Positions 1-15,244 of a DNA stretch of 64,000 nt are shown here, in pieces. Each line of letters begins with the position of its first letter. Positions within the stretch are counted from its first letter, which is position 1. The DNA is taken from assembly GCF_009914755.1 (NCBI RefSeq), contig NC_060934.1. One strand, given 5' to 3'. The notes under the pieces are model-generated. The model was not told the DNA's origin. It searched no databases and saw nothing but the letters and a program-made list of their open reading frames with translations. The position numbers and the translations under genes are program-made. Origin of the DNA: the human T2T-CHM13v2.0 reference genome, Homo sapiens.

Positions 1-1046
<1,046 letters not shown>

Positions 1047-4000
1047 AGTGTAGCTTTAATTTGCATTTCTTTACTGAGTGAGGTTGACTTTTCATGTGTT
1101 TAAATGCTATTTGTATGCATTTTTGTGACCTTTGCTCATTTTTCTATTGGTTTGTTAGTTCGTATACGGATAGATGGATTCATGTATTAGAGAGATTATC
1201 GCTTTGTAATACGAGTAATTAAAATACTTTTTTTTAGTTTGTTGTTTTCCTATTGACTTTGCCTATGCAGTGAACTGTCTTGCTAAACTGCTACTGTGCT
1301 GAGGACTTGCTCACCTGCCTTTGGAGGTCAGAGAGGGTAGCTCATTTCAACTCACTCTGCTTTGGCGGGCTCTCATTTAACCTCATGAAAGAGTCCACAG
1401 AACGGAGGCCAGAAGCCTGGGCTCCAGAGTTACTCAGGCCTGCCATTCTCTATGTGACCTTAAACCAAATTTTGACAACTCCTGACCTCAGTTTCCTCAT
1501 CTGTAAAATAGAAATAATAATTCTTCTAACTTTATGTAGCTGTTTGATGATTAAATAAGATAATGCATATAAGATCATTTAGCACAGAGTGTGATCCACA
1601 GTAAAGGTATGATGCATAGTATTTGCTTTTTAATTATTAGTGTTTACCAAGATCAAGCTAATGTTGCGTGAATGGCTGCTGTTTTTTCCTGATGCCACTC
1701 CCCATCAGAGTACAGGAGAAAATCCTATGACCACATGCTGTTGGCTCACCTGCTATGTCTTTTTTGCTTTGTGCATGGAGTTCTGGATTGCGGCCAGTAC
1801 CATTGAGTGTTTTGATGAAGGTTGGCTGCTCCGAGAGTTTGAATTTTTGCCAGGCTCTTTGGGTACATCTATCATAGCATTCTTTGTGCCTTTATTGTCC
1901 TGAGCTCTGCATGACTAGCCTTCTGATGGTCTTTCAGAAAAGAGAAAAGGAAAGAATGGAGGCATGGTTAAAGACCCCACATGGCTCACTCACCTGTTTC
2001 CCCTGGGATGATCAAAGTTACCTAGTTACCTGTCATCTGACCAGGACTCACAGCTCTGGAGCTGACAGGTATAGACTGGTCTAAGCCAGCATTCAGGAAG
2101 GCCACCCAACTGGAAGAGCAGGCATCAGAGTAGAGAGAATAAGCCTGAGCTCTCCAGAACATCCAAGGTCATAGAACAAAGTGGCCTTAGGGGAACAAAA
2201 CTGGGTCCCCATACCTAGTTCTCCTCCTGTACTCTCTCTTAGTACCCAATAATTCTTACAATTTTATATATCTCTTCTGCAAGCCTGTAAGTTCCAAGAG
2301 GTCAGAGACCACATTTGCCTTGTTCACTACCAAGAATAGGGCCTTGATCTATGTGGTGGTTACATGGGTGTGTTTGCTTTGTGTTAATTCATCAGGCTCT
2401 TGGTACAGTGCCTGATGCCTAGTATTCATTGAACGGATGAATAAGTGAGTCATAGAGTCTCAGGTATTTATTCAGATCATTCATCTACTACATGCTTGAA
2501 TCCTTGCCTCATTCCTACCAAGGGTTTGTTAGCATTTATCATTTAAACACTTCTAATGACAACAAGCTCTCTACTGCTCAAGGCTGCCCGTTCATTTTCT
2601 GTTTAGGTCTCTTGCCTAGAAAGTTCTTCTTAATATTGAGCTGAAATATGCCTCCTTGAGGCTTCTGGTTAGTATTCTTGTTCTATCCTTTATGGCCACA
2701 CGAATCAAGTCTGGGCCTTCTTCACCATGACAACTCTTCAGACATCTGTGGTTAGTTCTGACACCCACTTCTTTTCCAGGTAACCACAAAATCATTGATT
2801 AGACACACATTTGTTGAATGTCTGTAACACGGAATAGATTAGAGAACATACAGGTGAAAAGACATAATATCATCCTCGAGTGGTTACTGGTCTTGAGGGA
2901 GCCAGAGAAATTAAGACTTAATGTGCTAAGTGTTAGGGAAATGGAGACACAGGAAAAGAGAATTCGAGCCTACCTAGGGGTCTTGGGGAAGGTTGCAAAG
3001 TAGACCAAGGAGAGAAGGATGTTCCAAGAAAAGGGAATAGCACATGCAAAAGTCTGGAGCTATAAAAGCCCAGGGCATGTTATGGAAACTCTAAGTTGTT
3101 CTAGATGGCTAGGGAGACTAGAAGACTCAGATTGTTAGAACAGACCAATTTATGCTTGTTGTCCCAGAAAACTTAATAATATGTCCTTAGTTTCAAAAGT
3201 ATCCCAGATAGTCACTGTGAGTATAGTTGGGACATAAAGTCTGAGAGTGAGGTGGAAATGGGGGAGATGAAGGTGGAGAGAAGCAGCGGCTGATCGTAGA
3301 GGTCACTGTGGCCAAGTTCAAGAAAGGCATTCAGTTAACTGGGCTTCTTATGGTGTCTTTCCCTTCAAGGTTATCTTCTCCAGATATGATCTGATTCACA
3401 GATAGATCAATACAGCCATTGACAGATGATTATTGCTATGGGCTACCATTTACGGAGCGCTTACCAGGTAAGTGCTTTCCATGTAGGCTGGGGTGAGGCC
3501 CAGGTAACCTCTGCTGACTTAGTTATGCTTGTCCTTTAACTGATTCTCTGCCAGTAGGCCTTGGGTTTTGACTTGTTTTTACTGTTGTGAGGTCATGTCC
3601 TGAGACAACATTGGGCAAGTCCCAAAGGGCCTTCTGTTCCCAACTAGAAACTTTGTAAGCTTTCCCTGGAGGGGGACAGCTGAGGTCAGGAGATGGCTAC
3701 TAGCTATAAACAGTTTGTTTTAAAGGACTTGTATGATGTCTGTATTGAAGGGATTCATATGAATATTCAAATGAAATGAGTTGAGTTTGTTCTAAGATGA
3801 TGCAGTAGCTAGGAATGTTGAGTTAGATGTTTGGATGGGCAGCCAGGGCACATGGTTTAAACATTTGACGCACTTGAATTCAATGGATAGTGGATAGCAA
3901 GAGTGGGCATTTGAAATATGTCTGAGTGAGTGGTTTCCTCTGCAGCACCTCCTGCAACAGCTGTCCCTAAGTGGCAGGTGTGGGTTTATACCCTAAAACT

Positions 4001-4239
4001 GAATGTAGCAGTGCCCTCAAGCAGACCCACAAGGACTAGCTTGAGGCTGCTTTGTCTCCCAGAAAGACAGTTGGCAGCAGCTATTGGAGGGCTCTGCAGG
4101 CTTCCAAGTCCCCACCACTGCCCCAACACTTGGGTGGTCAGTGGGCACATGAGGCCACTGAGAATGGTCATGTCACCCTGCCCTTCCCATTCCTCCATTG
4201 CCAACCTACTGAGGTTTGGGGCTAGCGTGAGAATCTATT

Positions 4240-4684
4240 TGTGTTAGCTTGCTAATCAGGCTGTTGTAAACAAAGTGCCACAAACTGGGTGGCTTGCACA
4301 ACAGAAATGGATTGTCTCCCATTTCTGCAAGATAGAAGTCTGAGATCAAGGTGTTGGCAGGGCTGGTTCCTTCTGAGAGCTATGAGGAAAAACACGTTTC
4401 ATGGCCCTCTCCTAGCTACTGGTGGTTTGTTGGCAACCTTTGATGGTCTTTGGCTTATAAAGTCATCACTCTGATTGCTACCTTCATTTTCACATGGTGC
4501 TCCCCCTCTATGCATGTCTGTCCAAATTGCCCCATTTTATAAGGACACCAGTCATATTAGGCTAGGGGTGCACCCTATTCCAGTAATACTTCATCTTAAC
4601 TCATTACATCTGCCATGACCCTATTTTCCAGTAAGGCCATATTCACCACATGGATTGTTGGGGGACACAGTTCAACCCATAGCA
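4240..4684 (-). mobile_element. MaLR LTR (MLT1C-like)
   Basis: caaagtgccacaaactgggtggctt...tctgagatcaaggtgttggcagggctgg...ggacacagttcaacccatagca. Confidence 0.8.
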
Positions 4685-6189
4685 CTTAGGATAAATTGAA
4701 ATAGCATCAGCATGAACACAATTACTCTACTGGTTACTTCTGCCAAACAACCTTCAAGTCAGAAAGAATCCTATGGTTAAGGGAGAGGTACCGCAATCCA
4801 GCTGCAACAAGTTAAAGGTGTAGCCCACTAGCTATGGGTTAGTTTGCCCTGAGCTCTGAATGTGACTTCTTCCCTGGGAATCTTGGCTTGAGGGCACATG
4901 TGGGAGCTTGCTTGCCAGGCACAGGGTAGCCCGTGGCTTTGGGAGTCTTGTTTTAATCTGTTCTGTCACTTTCCAAAGGTCTGTCTTCTAAGCTTATGCC
5001 ATTGTTGTACCCTAGAACCAACTATTTTCATTCTTTGCTGAGTACCTTTTCTGCCCATATGAATTCTCTCCTAGCCATTCTCCATACCACGCAGACGGAT
5101 TGTTGTAAAACACAAATGTGATATTGTCAGTCCCTTGACTGAAAAGACCTCAACGGCTGTTGCTCTTTGGATGAAGATCAAAACACTGTTTCCTACAGGA
5201 CTGGGAGGTCTCAGACAGGAGGATTGCCATCTGCATTTGCATTTATTTAAAAAACAATTGAACTGGTGACATTCTGTTTCTTGATCTGGGTGGTGCTGAA
5301 CAATGGTGTTCACTATGTCAATATTCATCTAGCTCTACACTTTGATTTGTGGACTTGTCTGTACATACAATGTATCCCAATTTTAAAAAATCTTCAAAAC
5401 AACTGAATGAGTTGCCCAAAGTTCTGGGAGTTCCTTGGTCGTATTACACTTTATGATCTTTTAGATCTCTTGACCAATACCATACAACTAGAGATGTTTT
5501 TCCCCCTTTCTATCTTGGGAGGAAAAAGATGGAATTAACAAACAGAGGTGATTCAGTGAGTTACATTGTGGTCACAAGATAAATTATGCACATTGCGACA
5601 AGAAAACCACATAGTCCTATAAAATTACGGGCTGTTTTTATCCAGAATTATGCTGGCTTTCTATTTCCTGTTGTTGATTAAGAATAAAGAGGGACCTGCC
5701 TGTTGCCCCTGCCTGCAGCGCCTAGAGGAGAGAGAGAAGTCATGATCAGCCTCATTTCTGCCCCAGGGACTGCATTATTCCCCTTTGAAGCAACAGTGCT
5801 TCCCCTAGAGCTTGGTCAAGGAGAGGGGCTGCAGGCAACCCCTGTGTCTGCCCCAAGAAAATGGGAGTTCTGAGCAACTTGGGTGTATGGAAAAAGGAAG
5901 CACTCTCCACAGATGGCTGAAAAGCATTGTTGGTAACATATGAAGCTTGAGTCTAGGGGTAAATGACAAGCCCTTTAAGTGGGCTCTGTTTCTTGGAGTG
6001 CTGAACTGTTCCCACTGTTTAACATAAAGAACCAAAGTAGCCCTTGCAAAGAGAGTGAGAATAATCTCTGACTCTGGCAGGCTCTTAGGACATCATAATT
6101 TTAAAATTGAGAGAATTTTTAAAAATCTAGATTTCTGTCTTTCCTTGGAAAATTGAGATGTTGAACTACCCTACTATGCTATTAAAATT

Positions 6190-6480
6190 GCCAGGTATGG
6201 TGGCTCATGACTGGGAGGCTGAGGCGGGTGGATCACCCAAGGTCAGGAATTCAAGACCAGCCTGGCCAATGTGGTAAAACCCCGTCTCTATTAAAAATAC
6301 AAAAATAGCCAGGTGTGGTGATGTGCATCTCTAATCCCAGTTACTTGGGATTAGGGCAGGAGAATTGCTTGAATCTGGGAGGTGGAAGTTGCATGAGCCA
6401 AGATGGCGCCACTGCACTTTAGACTGGATGACAGAGCGAGACTCCATCTCAAAAAATAAATAAATAAATAAATAAATAAA
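6190..6480 (+). mobile_element. Alu (S-type) with (TAAA)n tail
   Basis: Alu arms plus tail; flanked by taaaattgc / taaaattgc. Confidence 0.93.
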
Positions 6481-8380
6481 ATTGCAGTATCCATGACATC
6501 TTGTCCTAAACCCCATACTTTGTGCTTCCCTTACATTGCTTTGCTTCCTCTCTTTCCATAGCCCCAAGCATCTCCTAACTTACCATATAGTTTACTTATT
6601 TATTCTGTTTATTAGTCTGTCTCCTTCTGCTGGAATGTAAGTTGCATGAGGGCAGGGCCCTTTGTTTTGCTCAATGATCCATCCCAGGCCCTGAATATTG
6701 CAACCTGGCATTGAATAGTTGTATGCATGTTGAATGAATGTAGCCTGAAGCCTACATTCCCAATTTGTAGCAGTCACATTGCCTGCCTGGGCCCCTGAAG
6801 GCATGTGTATTTGCCATGCCTGCCCCTACTGACCTGCATGCCAGCTTCTGCCTTCCGTCCCCCTCAGGCTTGTTTCTCTGGCCACACTGGCCTGGCCTCT
6901 CCTGCCCCACCACTGGCCCTCCGCACTTGCTCAGCCAGAACGCTCTTCCTGCCCCTCTCTGCCTGGCTAGCTCCTGCTCCTGCTGTGTTCTCAGCTCAAG
7001 CTGTCCTTGATCCCTCTGCCTAGGTCACTCCCCCAAGCACAGAGAATATTCTGTCCTTAGTCACTGACTAGAGGAAATTCCTTTCATTCAGTTTTCAGAC
7101 ATAAAAAGCTCTTCATCCCTTGTGAATTAGGGTGCCCCCCCCCCGCCCCCGGCTACCCTGACCTCTGAGCTGAGGATACAGGTGGTGCCCAGCCCCTCTG
7201 AGTCAACCCTGGAAACCAGTTCTACAGTGCCAGGCAAGGAGCAACCCTGGGCCAAGGGCTGAAATTACCCCACTGGTCCTCTGTCTACCCACGACTTATA
7301 TAAGGCTGGGCCTCTTCATCATGTCCTATCTGTGTCAACACTCAGGAGAGGGCCTGGCCCTCTGGCAACATGTTCATCCTTCACAGCAGGGCCAGGACAA
7401 ACACTCCCTGACCAAGTAACCACAAGACAGAGGGCCCTTCCTGGGCACCTGGAGACAGACAGATGGAGTTACCAAACAGAAGATTCTGGGAAGGGGAACC
7501 CCAGTGGGCCAAAGAGAACTCTAGACTGACAGAGGTGTGGAACAGCTTCCCCTCTCTACCCAATTTTGAGATGAGGAAATTGAAGCCCAGAGAGAGTCAA
7601 TGGTGCATCCAAAGCCCCACAGCACAGCGTCCCAACAGCCCCACAAGAACCCACAAGCTTCACTGTGTTTTCTGGGTCTGGGCTTCTGGGGCTGGAATGT
7701 CAGGAATTCTAGGTTCTGCCCCCATTAGCTGCAAGACCAAGACTTAGAAAGAGATGAGAATGGTTAGAATGTTGCAGCTCTTATCCGGGAATGTACAAAA
7801 TACAGATGACTGGGCCTCACACCTCATTCCTTCCATCTGCAGGAGGGCCCTGACATGTGGATTTTGAAAGGCTCCTTGGAGATGCTGACTATCCATGCTA
7901 GATGGGCACCTGGATGATGTTTAAGTCCCTTCTAGCTTGACAAATCCTCAGCTGTAGATATTAAAATGCTGCTTGTGCTGGAGTGTATCCCTGTCATCAG
8001 TCCACAAGAGAAGCTCTCACTGGGGCAGCTGGGCTCCCTAGGGAGCACCCTGGAAATTAAAAAAAAAAAAACTTTTGGTTGTCATAATGATGAGGCTGGT
8101 GCTTCTGGCATTCAGTGAGGGGAATACTGCAGTCCCTGGGGCAGAAATAAGGCCCATGATGACTTTTCTCTCTCCCCCAGGTGCTGCAGGCAGGGGCAAC
8201 AGGCAGGTCCCTCTTTGTTCTTAGTGAGGGATGCATCCCATCACATTGAAGAATTGTCCTGAGTCCTGTACATCTTTTGAATGTACTGTCAGAATATTCA
8301 TAGAGGTGAAAAGCTAGTTCATAGGCACATGAGCCATAATCAACTTCACTTTACATGTACGTTTAAAAAAAAAAAAACAC

Positions 8381-8796
<416 letters not shown>

Positions 8797-9433
8797 TCAT
8801 CCATGGCAATGCTGCTCACATAGTAATTGAGTCACTAAGACACTACCTCTATACTGGTCTGCATCTGCAGCTTTCCTATCCATGATGATTGTATCTAATT
8901 CTATGAATAGCCTAATTTAGTCCTTATGTCAAAATGTCAAATATAAAGAAAGCAGTGACAGCACTATTCAATTAAATATTGCCTTCCTGTAATGCAAACA
9001 TATCCATTGTAAGTCCATGCCTCTGCCAACTTCATGTATGATTTTATCATGACATTCCCTTTTAAAATTATAGTGCTATATTGATTTCAAGATAGTAAAA
9101 GAGAGTTACAAAACAATATTTGTTATAAACAGGGGTGTTGGATCTGGTTGGTTTAGGACTTACTGATCTACAAGCAATAAAACCTGCAGGAAAACAGTAG
9201 ATCTGTAGCTCTCAGACAAGCCTTGCAAAGGTCTAGCATGCCCTAGAGAGGGCAAGGGGCACGTTGGAAGGACTAATCAACTTGTTAGGATCAGGTCCTG
9301 ATGGGGATCGAAACCAGCTTCCAGCAACAATGTGAGAGGGCTAGGCTGGGCTTAGTCAATCACACGGCTCAGATTGGAATCTTATTTGAGTACACCCTGG
9401 ATGTATGCGGAGGGTGTTAGACCAATAATTCTT

Positions 9434-9573
9434 GGCCGGGCGCGGTGGCTCACACCTGTAATCCCAGCACTTTGGGAGGCTAAGGTGGGAGAATCACTGG
9501 AGCCCAGGAGCAGCCTAGGCAACATAGTGAGGCATTGTCTTTATAAATTAATAATAATAATAATAGTAATAAT
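9434..9573 (+). mobile_element. FLAM / Alu left monomer with (ATA)n tail
   Basis: ggccgggcgcggtggctcacacctgtaatcccagc... single arm only. Confidence 0.85.
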
Positions 9574-9720
9574 TATTGAGTGCTTATGGTGGATCAGGCC
9601 TCATATGTGATGGGCACACACATACATCTCTTACAATTGCCACAGCAGTCTTAGGGTAGTTGTTAATTCTTGCTTTACAAAGGAGGAAGCCCAGGCTTGG
9701 ACAGTTACAACAACTTGCTG

Positions 9721-9834
9721 GAGGCCACACAATGATTCCTGGGTAGAAAGCTGTCTCCCTGCCTTCAAAGCTATTTTGAGGCCACACAATGATTCCTGGG
9801 TAGAGACCTGTCTCCCTGCCTTCAAAGCTATTTT
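9721..9834. repeat. 57-bp tandem duplication (2 copies, 2 mismatches)
   Basis: gaggccacacaatgattcctgggtaga(a/g)a(g/c)ctgtctccctgccttcaaagctatttt at 9721 and 9778. Confidence 0.95.
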
Positions 9835-9938
9835 GTCAAAGGAAGTTTATATTTATTCAGTGTTTGAGAAACAGCTGCTCTCAGTTTTTAATGTTTTGCT
9901 AGGAGTGACTGTGCAGCCTGGATAGCAACAATGGTGGG

Positions 9939-10298
9939 TGTATTAGTCCGTTTCACACTGCTATTAAGAACTTCCCTGAGACTGGGGCATTTATAAAGGA
10001 AAGAGGTTTAACTGACTCACAGTTCCACACGGCTTGGGGAGGGCTCAGAAGACTTACAATCATGGCGGATGGTGAAGGGGAAGTAAGCCCCTTCTTCACA
10101 AGGCAGCAGCAGAGAGAAGAACGAAGGAAGAACTTCCAGACACTCATAAAACCATCAAATCTCATGAGAATCACTCAGTGCCATGAGAACAGCATGGGGG
10201 AAACCACCCCCATGATCCAATCACCCTCCCTCCCTCGACACATGGGAATTATGATTTGAGATGAGATTTGGGTGGGGACACAGAGTCAAACCCTATCA
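9939..10298 (-). mobile_element. THE1-family solo LTR (MaLR)
   Basis: TG...CA termini, THE1 text (ttacaatcatggcggatggtgaagg), 5-bp TSD GTGGG at 9934-9938 and 10299-10303. Confidence 0.92.
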
Positions 10299-11223
10299 GT
10301 GGGCTTCTTTACGAAAGATGAGGTTTCCTTGGGAAATAACTCTTGGCTCTCTGAGGGCTTGGCCACTCTGACTTTGATCAAACTGGCAACTGGGGTATGT
10401 ACCTGAGTGAGGTCAGGGGGCCCATGATAACTCGGTGACTTGCTGCCCCTTGCTCACTCCAGTTGGCAATGTCGGGGCATTTGGTCCCTGCTGTGGGGGC
10501 TCCCATGTCTGTCTGGCCCTTGGCCTCTCCTCCCCTGGTGGCCAGCTCTGCTGTGATCAGCTGAGCCTGCTGCTGGAGCTATGTGCTGGTTTCCTGCCTC
10601 TTCTTGGGCATTCTGGGCTCTAGGAACTGTTTGTTGGTTTCCTGTGGGCCATTCCTTTCCAGGATGGGCCTAGAGGCTGCAACCCTCCTAAGATCTGCCC
10701 ACACCCCTGTCCTGAGGTGAGCTTCTCAAGAAGGTCCCCGGCTGAGCAAGGGGTGTCAGGAGCAAGAATGGAGGCAGGAGAGTGTGTGCGCCTGCTTTTT
10801 AGAGTGGGAGTGTGCACTCATGCATGAGTGGGAGGCTGTCATTAACTTGGCCATGGATGGCTGCCATTTTAAGCAGAACCAGATTTGCTGGCATGAATTG
10901 TTTAAATGATGGCAGGCACAAGCACTGCAGGGAGATCCTCCTAGCCTAAATTAAAGAAGCCACAGAGGGAAAAAATCCCAGACCATCTTGCTCCACACCT
11001 CCCTCCCCCGTCCCAAGCCTTCCGTCATCTGCGGGAATTTCAGTGCCTCACTGACACCTGAATGACAATCTTTTGTCATCCTGGAAGGCACCATGATGGT
11101 ACCAAAGGACAACTGGGGAGCATTGGTTCCCTCCCCAGCCCCAAACAAACACGTTCTTCATCAGCCTCCTTAAGCCATCCCAAACAACCCACACGCTTAA
11201 TACAACTATCGTGCCTTCTATCC

Positions 11224-11395
11224 GGGCAAAGTGCCATGTGTCTGTAGACACAGCTACTCAGGAGGCTGAGACAGGAGGATCGCTCGAGCCCAGGAGTTTG
11301 AGGCTGTAGTGAGCTATGATAATGGCTGTAAATAGCCACTACACTCCAGCCTGGGCAACATTATTGAGACCATGTTTCTAAATAAGCAAACAAAA
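11224..11395 (+). mobile_element. FAM (fossil Alu monomer)
   Basis: Monomer retaining the 7SL-like ctgtaaatagccactacactccagcc segment. Confidence 0.8.
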
Positions 11396-11696
11396 ATTGT
11401 GCTTTCTCTGCAAACAGAGTGTCTAGGGAAGTGCTTTTTACTTTCTTGTGCATTAAGATCATCTGGGGACCTTGTTAAGCTGTAGATTCTGATTCAGGAG
11501 GTCTGGAGTGGGGCCCCAAGAACCTGTATTTATAACAAGCTCTCAGGTAAAGCCAATGCTGCTCTCAGGGAAACCACACTTTCAGAATGGAAGTTCCAGA
11601 TAGCCCTCCTCTGCCTCTGACCAGCCAGCTATGTGCCTGCTAACGTCATTCTGCTGTCAGAGGGAGTGTGGGGTAGGAGAGCAGGGTGGTCTGAAG

Positions 11697-11773
<77 letters not shown>
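11697..11773. repeat. Compound (TC)n(AC)~19 microsatellite ~2 kb upstream of SGPL1
   Basis: Direct reading. Confidence 0.97.
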
Positions 11774-11775
<2 letters not shown>

Positions 11776-13043
11776 GCTTCATCGGCTCAGAGAGTTGCAA
11801 ACCCAGACCCATGTTCTAGGCTGGGCTCTGCCAGGAACTGCTAGGAGTCGCATCTCTCTCTGGACCTCAGTTTCTTCACGTGTATTTGTGTATTCTCTGG
11901 GGTGGAGCTGGCGAATAGCTGGAGACCCCTCTAGCTCTACCATTTTTTGATTCTAATTAACCAAAAAGGATATTCGAGGTCCCCGCTACAAATTCTGAAC
12001 CCTTGGCTTCCCCTCCAAACTCCCACACAAACTCCACCCCATCCTGCCTGTGTGTCTTTGGGAGGATCATTTCCTTCTTTGGTCTTGGTGTCCTTGTTTA
12101 CAGGTTGAGGGATGATAAGAGTCACCTGATCTGGGCAAGTCAGGCCATAAATAAGGCTTGTATGTAAAGGTGCCTAGCATAGTTCTTGGCAAAGCAAGGA
12201 TCAGTCGATATGATTGCATTGGTTTGTGCATCTGGGAAGAATGAGCAGACTGCATACTGTGTGTTAGGGTGTAGGGAGGAATCAGACGTGACCCTGCCCT
12301 CTAGTCATCTGGGTGCACAGATTCTAGATTAAAGGATGTGGGGGTGGTAACTAACAAGGAGATGGAGAGGAGGTGTGCAGTTCCTGGGGGATCTGATGAA
12401 GAATTAAAGCAGAAGGGTAGGAGATGGAGAATGGGAAGGCATACCTGAAACCCTAAAGCAACTCTTGATGAGTAGGCATTGGCAGGAGGCCCCAGAACAT
12501 TTTCTGACCCTCAAACACTGAGAATGCATGTCTGCTGGGGAATAGTAGTGAGGGGGCTAAGGGTATGGGGGTGTTCATGCCTGAGTCAGGGGCTCTGGAT
12601 GGTAGAAATGTCTGGGAGTTCTGACGGAATGGGGGTGAGGAGGCCTAAAGATAACCTGTTCATAGTCTTTCAGGGCCTTAACCATTATGGCTGGGGAAGT
12701 GGGAAGTGCCGATGGGGTATGCAGAGGAGGGCAGCTGTGATAGTACATTTCATCCTGAAAGCACTACATGTGGATAATGACGGTAGTGATGATGCCCTAA
12801 TTTTAGTGTCATGGCAACATTTTCCAAGGGGATGGAATTGGGTACCCTCATTAGTGTCATTTTTGTTTGAGAGATTTCAAGAGTCTATCTAGGTGTCATT
12901 TTAAAATCTATTGAAAAAAAATCTTGAATGCAGGTCACTGACCAGTTGGTTCCATGTAACTGCACTGCCTTCTGCTACCACTAAAGCAATGTTATGACAA
13001 CCTGGACAAGTCATGGGAAACCTATGTGAGACTTAGTTTTTTC

Positions 13044-13171
13044 TTTTTCTTTTTGGAGTTGGGGGTCTCACTATGTTGCTCAGGCTGATCTAGAGCTCCT
13101 GGGCTCAGACAACCCTCCCGCCTCAGCATCCCCAAGTGCCGGGATTACCGATGTAAGCCACTGCACCCAGC
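13044..13171 (-). mobile_element. FLAM_C-like monomer inserted in a MIR
   Basis: 17-bp TSD tgagacttagttttttc at 13027 and 13172. Confidence 0.88.
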
Positions 13172-13569
13172 TGAGACTTAGTTTTTTCATCTGGAAATGA
13201 AGGCGACCTTTGTGATCCCAGTGGGCCCTTGCACTTGTGTATAAGGTGATTCCCAGCACTGCTCATGAAAGTAGTGATGGCAGAGTAGCCTCTGCTCTCC
13301 ATTTTATTTTTGGGGTGGGGGGGGCAGTGGTGGAGGGGAGGATGAGGATGATATTTCCATTAAATAAGTTTCCTTGTTGCTTTTCTTCAGGCACCACTGA
13401 CCTCGATGGAAAAATGAAGTCCCTGGCCCAGGAAAGAGACCCAACTCTGTGGCTGTTTTGGATTAGTTTGTACAATGCCCTGCAGACCTACTCTCTCAGG
13501 AGGCTCCAAGTGACCAAATGTGACAAGAAAGTTTTTTGTCCAAGGCAGTTTGGAAGAGAAGTTGGTGAC

Positions 13570-14360
13570 CGTCGGGATACCACAGCCGCCCCAGGACGGC
13601 CTGGTTGAGACATTCACTGGAGGGTCTGGGTGCAGCCCGCTGCCTGGCCGGTAGGCGGCGCGCACAGGCCGTGGGGCCCGGGTCTGGGCGTGCGCGCGGC
13701 TGGTAGCAGCGGGGCCGCGCACGCCAGGGTCCGGGAGCCGGGCCGGTGCCCCCGGAGCCATTTCCGGGAGGGGCGAGGCCGGCGGCTGCCGGGCCTCCAA
13801 TCTCGGCGGCGGCGGCGGCAACAGGGGAGCCTGGGTCTCGCGGCCTGCGAGTCCGTCGCGTGCTGAGGGAGACGCAGGAGGTGGAGCCGGCCGGGTGCTC
13901 GAGGGAAGGAGACTGGAAGCTGGTTCCGGCGTGAGGAGGTGGAGGGGCCGCCGCGGGCTCCGGGGGGCGGTGAGGGTCGGGACGGAGGCGCCGCGGGGTG
14001 AGGAGAGGACAGGGGCCGGGTGGGCCGAGGGCGGGCAGAGGCGGCGGGGCGGCTGCGGCCGGGGCGGGGGCGGGGGCGGGCTGAAGGCGTGGGCACCAGC
14101 CGCTGAGGTCCAAGCAAGTGGACGGCGGGCGGGCGCGGGGCCGCGGTGGGGCGGGTCTGGAGCCCACGCCTGCCGCGGGGTAGGCATGGGCGGCCAGGAT
14201 TTGCTGGTCCTCCGACGGGAGGGGTGACAACGAGAGCGAGGCCGTGCTGATTCTGAAGGGAGTGCGGAGGAGGCAGGACCCTGGTAGCCTCGGCACCTTC
14301 AGCCCGGGTTAGGTGGCCTGGGCTGGGCTCCCCACCCCGATCGCGCGCAGACGGGGCGTT
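13570..14360. promoter_or_regulatory. SGPL1: CpG-island, TATA-less promoter of SGPL1
   Basis: Abrupt very GC- and CpG-rich block. It contains multiple GGGCGG GC-boxes (14061-14080, ~14150), an ETS/YY1-like gccatttccggg (~13757-13768) and GCGCGC motifs. It lies immediately upstream of the ATG exon. Confidence 0.93.
13750..13938 (+). other. SGPL1: SGPL1 non-coding exon 1 (5'UTR), boundaries approximate
   Basis: ATG-free stretch in the CpG island with a (GGC)5 run, ending at a candidate donor GAG|gtggag (13938/13939). An alternative donor GGC|gtgagg lies at 13930/13931. The start is inferred. Confidence 0.6.
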
Positions 14361-14665
14361 TCCCCTAGTTTCCACCTGGGTGGAATGCTTTGTGGGAGTC
14401 TGGGTCTGGATTAGTTTCATCAGCTGTGGGAGGGAAACCTAGTTGCAGCAGGATTTTGATTCGCTGGTCTGGGGTGCTAGGGGTGGACTGTGATATCTGG
14501 GAATGAAATCTGAGCCTTCAAAGGAGGGAGAGAACCATAACTTGGCTGCTCTGGCGAATCTAGGCGGGCTGGCGAGACAGTTTAAAGCTCTAGAAGTAAA
14601 CAAACCTGGTTCCCTTTTACAGAGTCTGAAAAAGGGGAGCGCGGAGAGGAGGCTGGAAGAGGAAG

Positions 14666-14692
14666 ATGCCTAGCACAGACCTTCTGATGTTG
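14666..14692 (+). CDS. SGPL1: SGPL1 exon 2 coding part (exon 14623-14692), MPSTDLLML
   Basis: Acceptor cccttttacag|, start gaagATGc, donor TTG|gtgagc; phase 0. Confidence 0.96.
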
Positions 14693-14783
14693 GTGAGCCT
14701 TTTGCAGACATCCTCCTGGTTCCAAGGCATTTGTCTCCGTTTTTTTAGTCCAAAGGATCCCAGTGTGTAGATTTCACCTCTGA

Positions 14784-15149
<366 letters not shown>

Positions 15150-15244
15150 TGAATGATCAGGATGAATAAATAGCTGAATTAAATACATCAATACAGTATA
15201 TGTAGAACTTAAATTATTGAAGAATCTTTTTCAAAATTATTATT

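Noticed and set aside
7295-7304. Palindromic CTTATATAAG / TATA-like box
   Set aside because: An isolated motif 6.4 kb upstream with no supporting exon structure; expected by chance.
13387-14420. Three 266-268 aa minus-strand ORFs and several plus-strand ORFs over the promoter
   Set aside because: Pro/Arg/Ala/Gly-rich translations in all frames are expected from a stop-poor CpG island; there is no recognisable domain.
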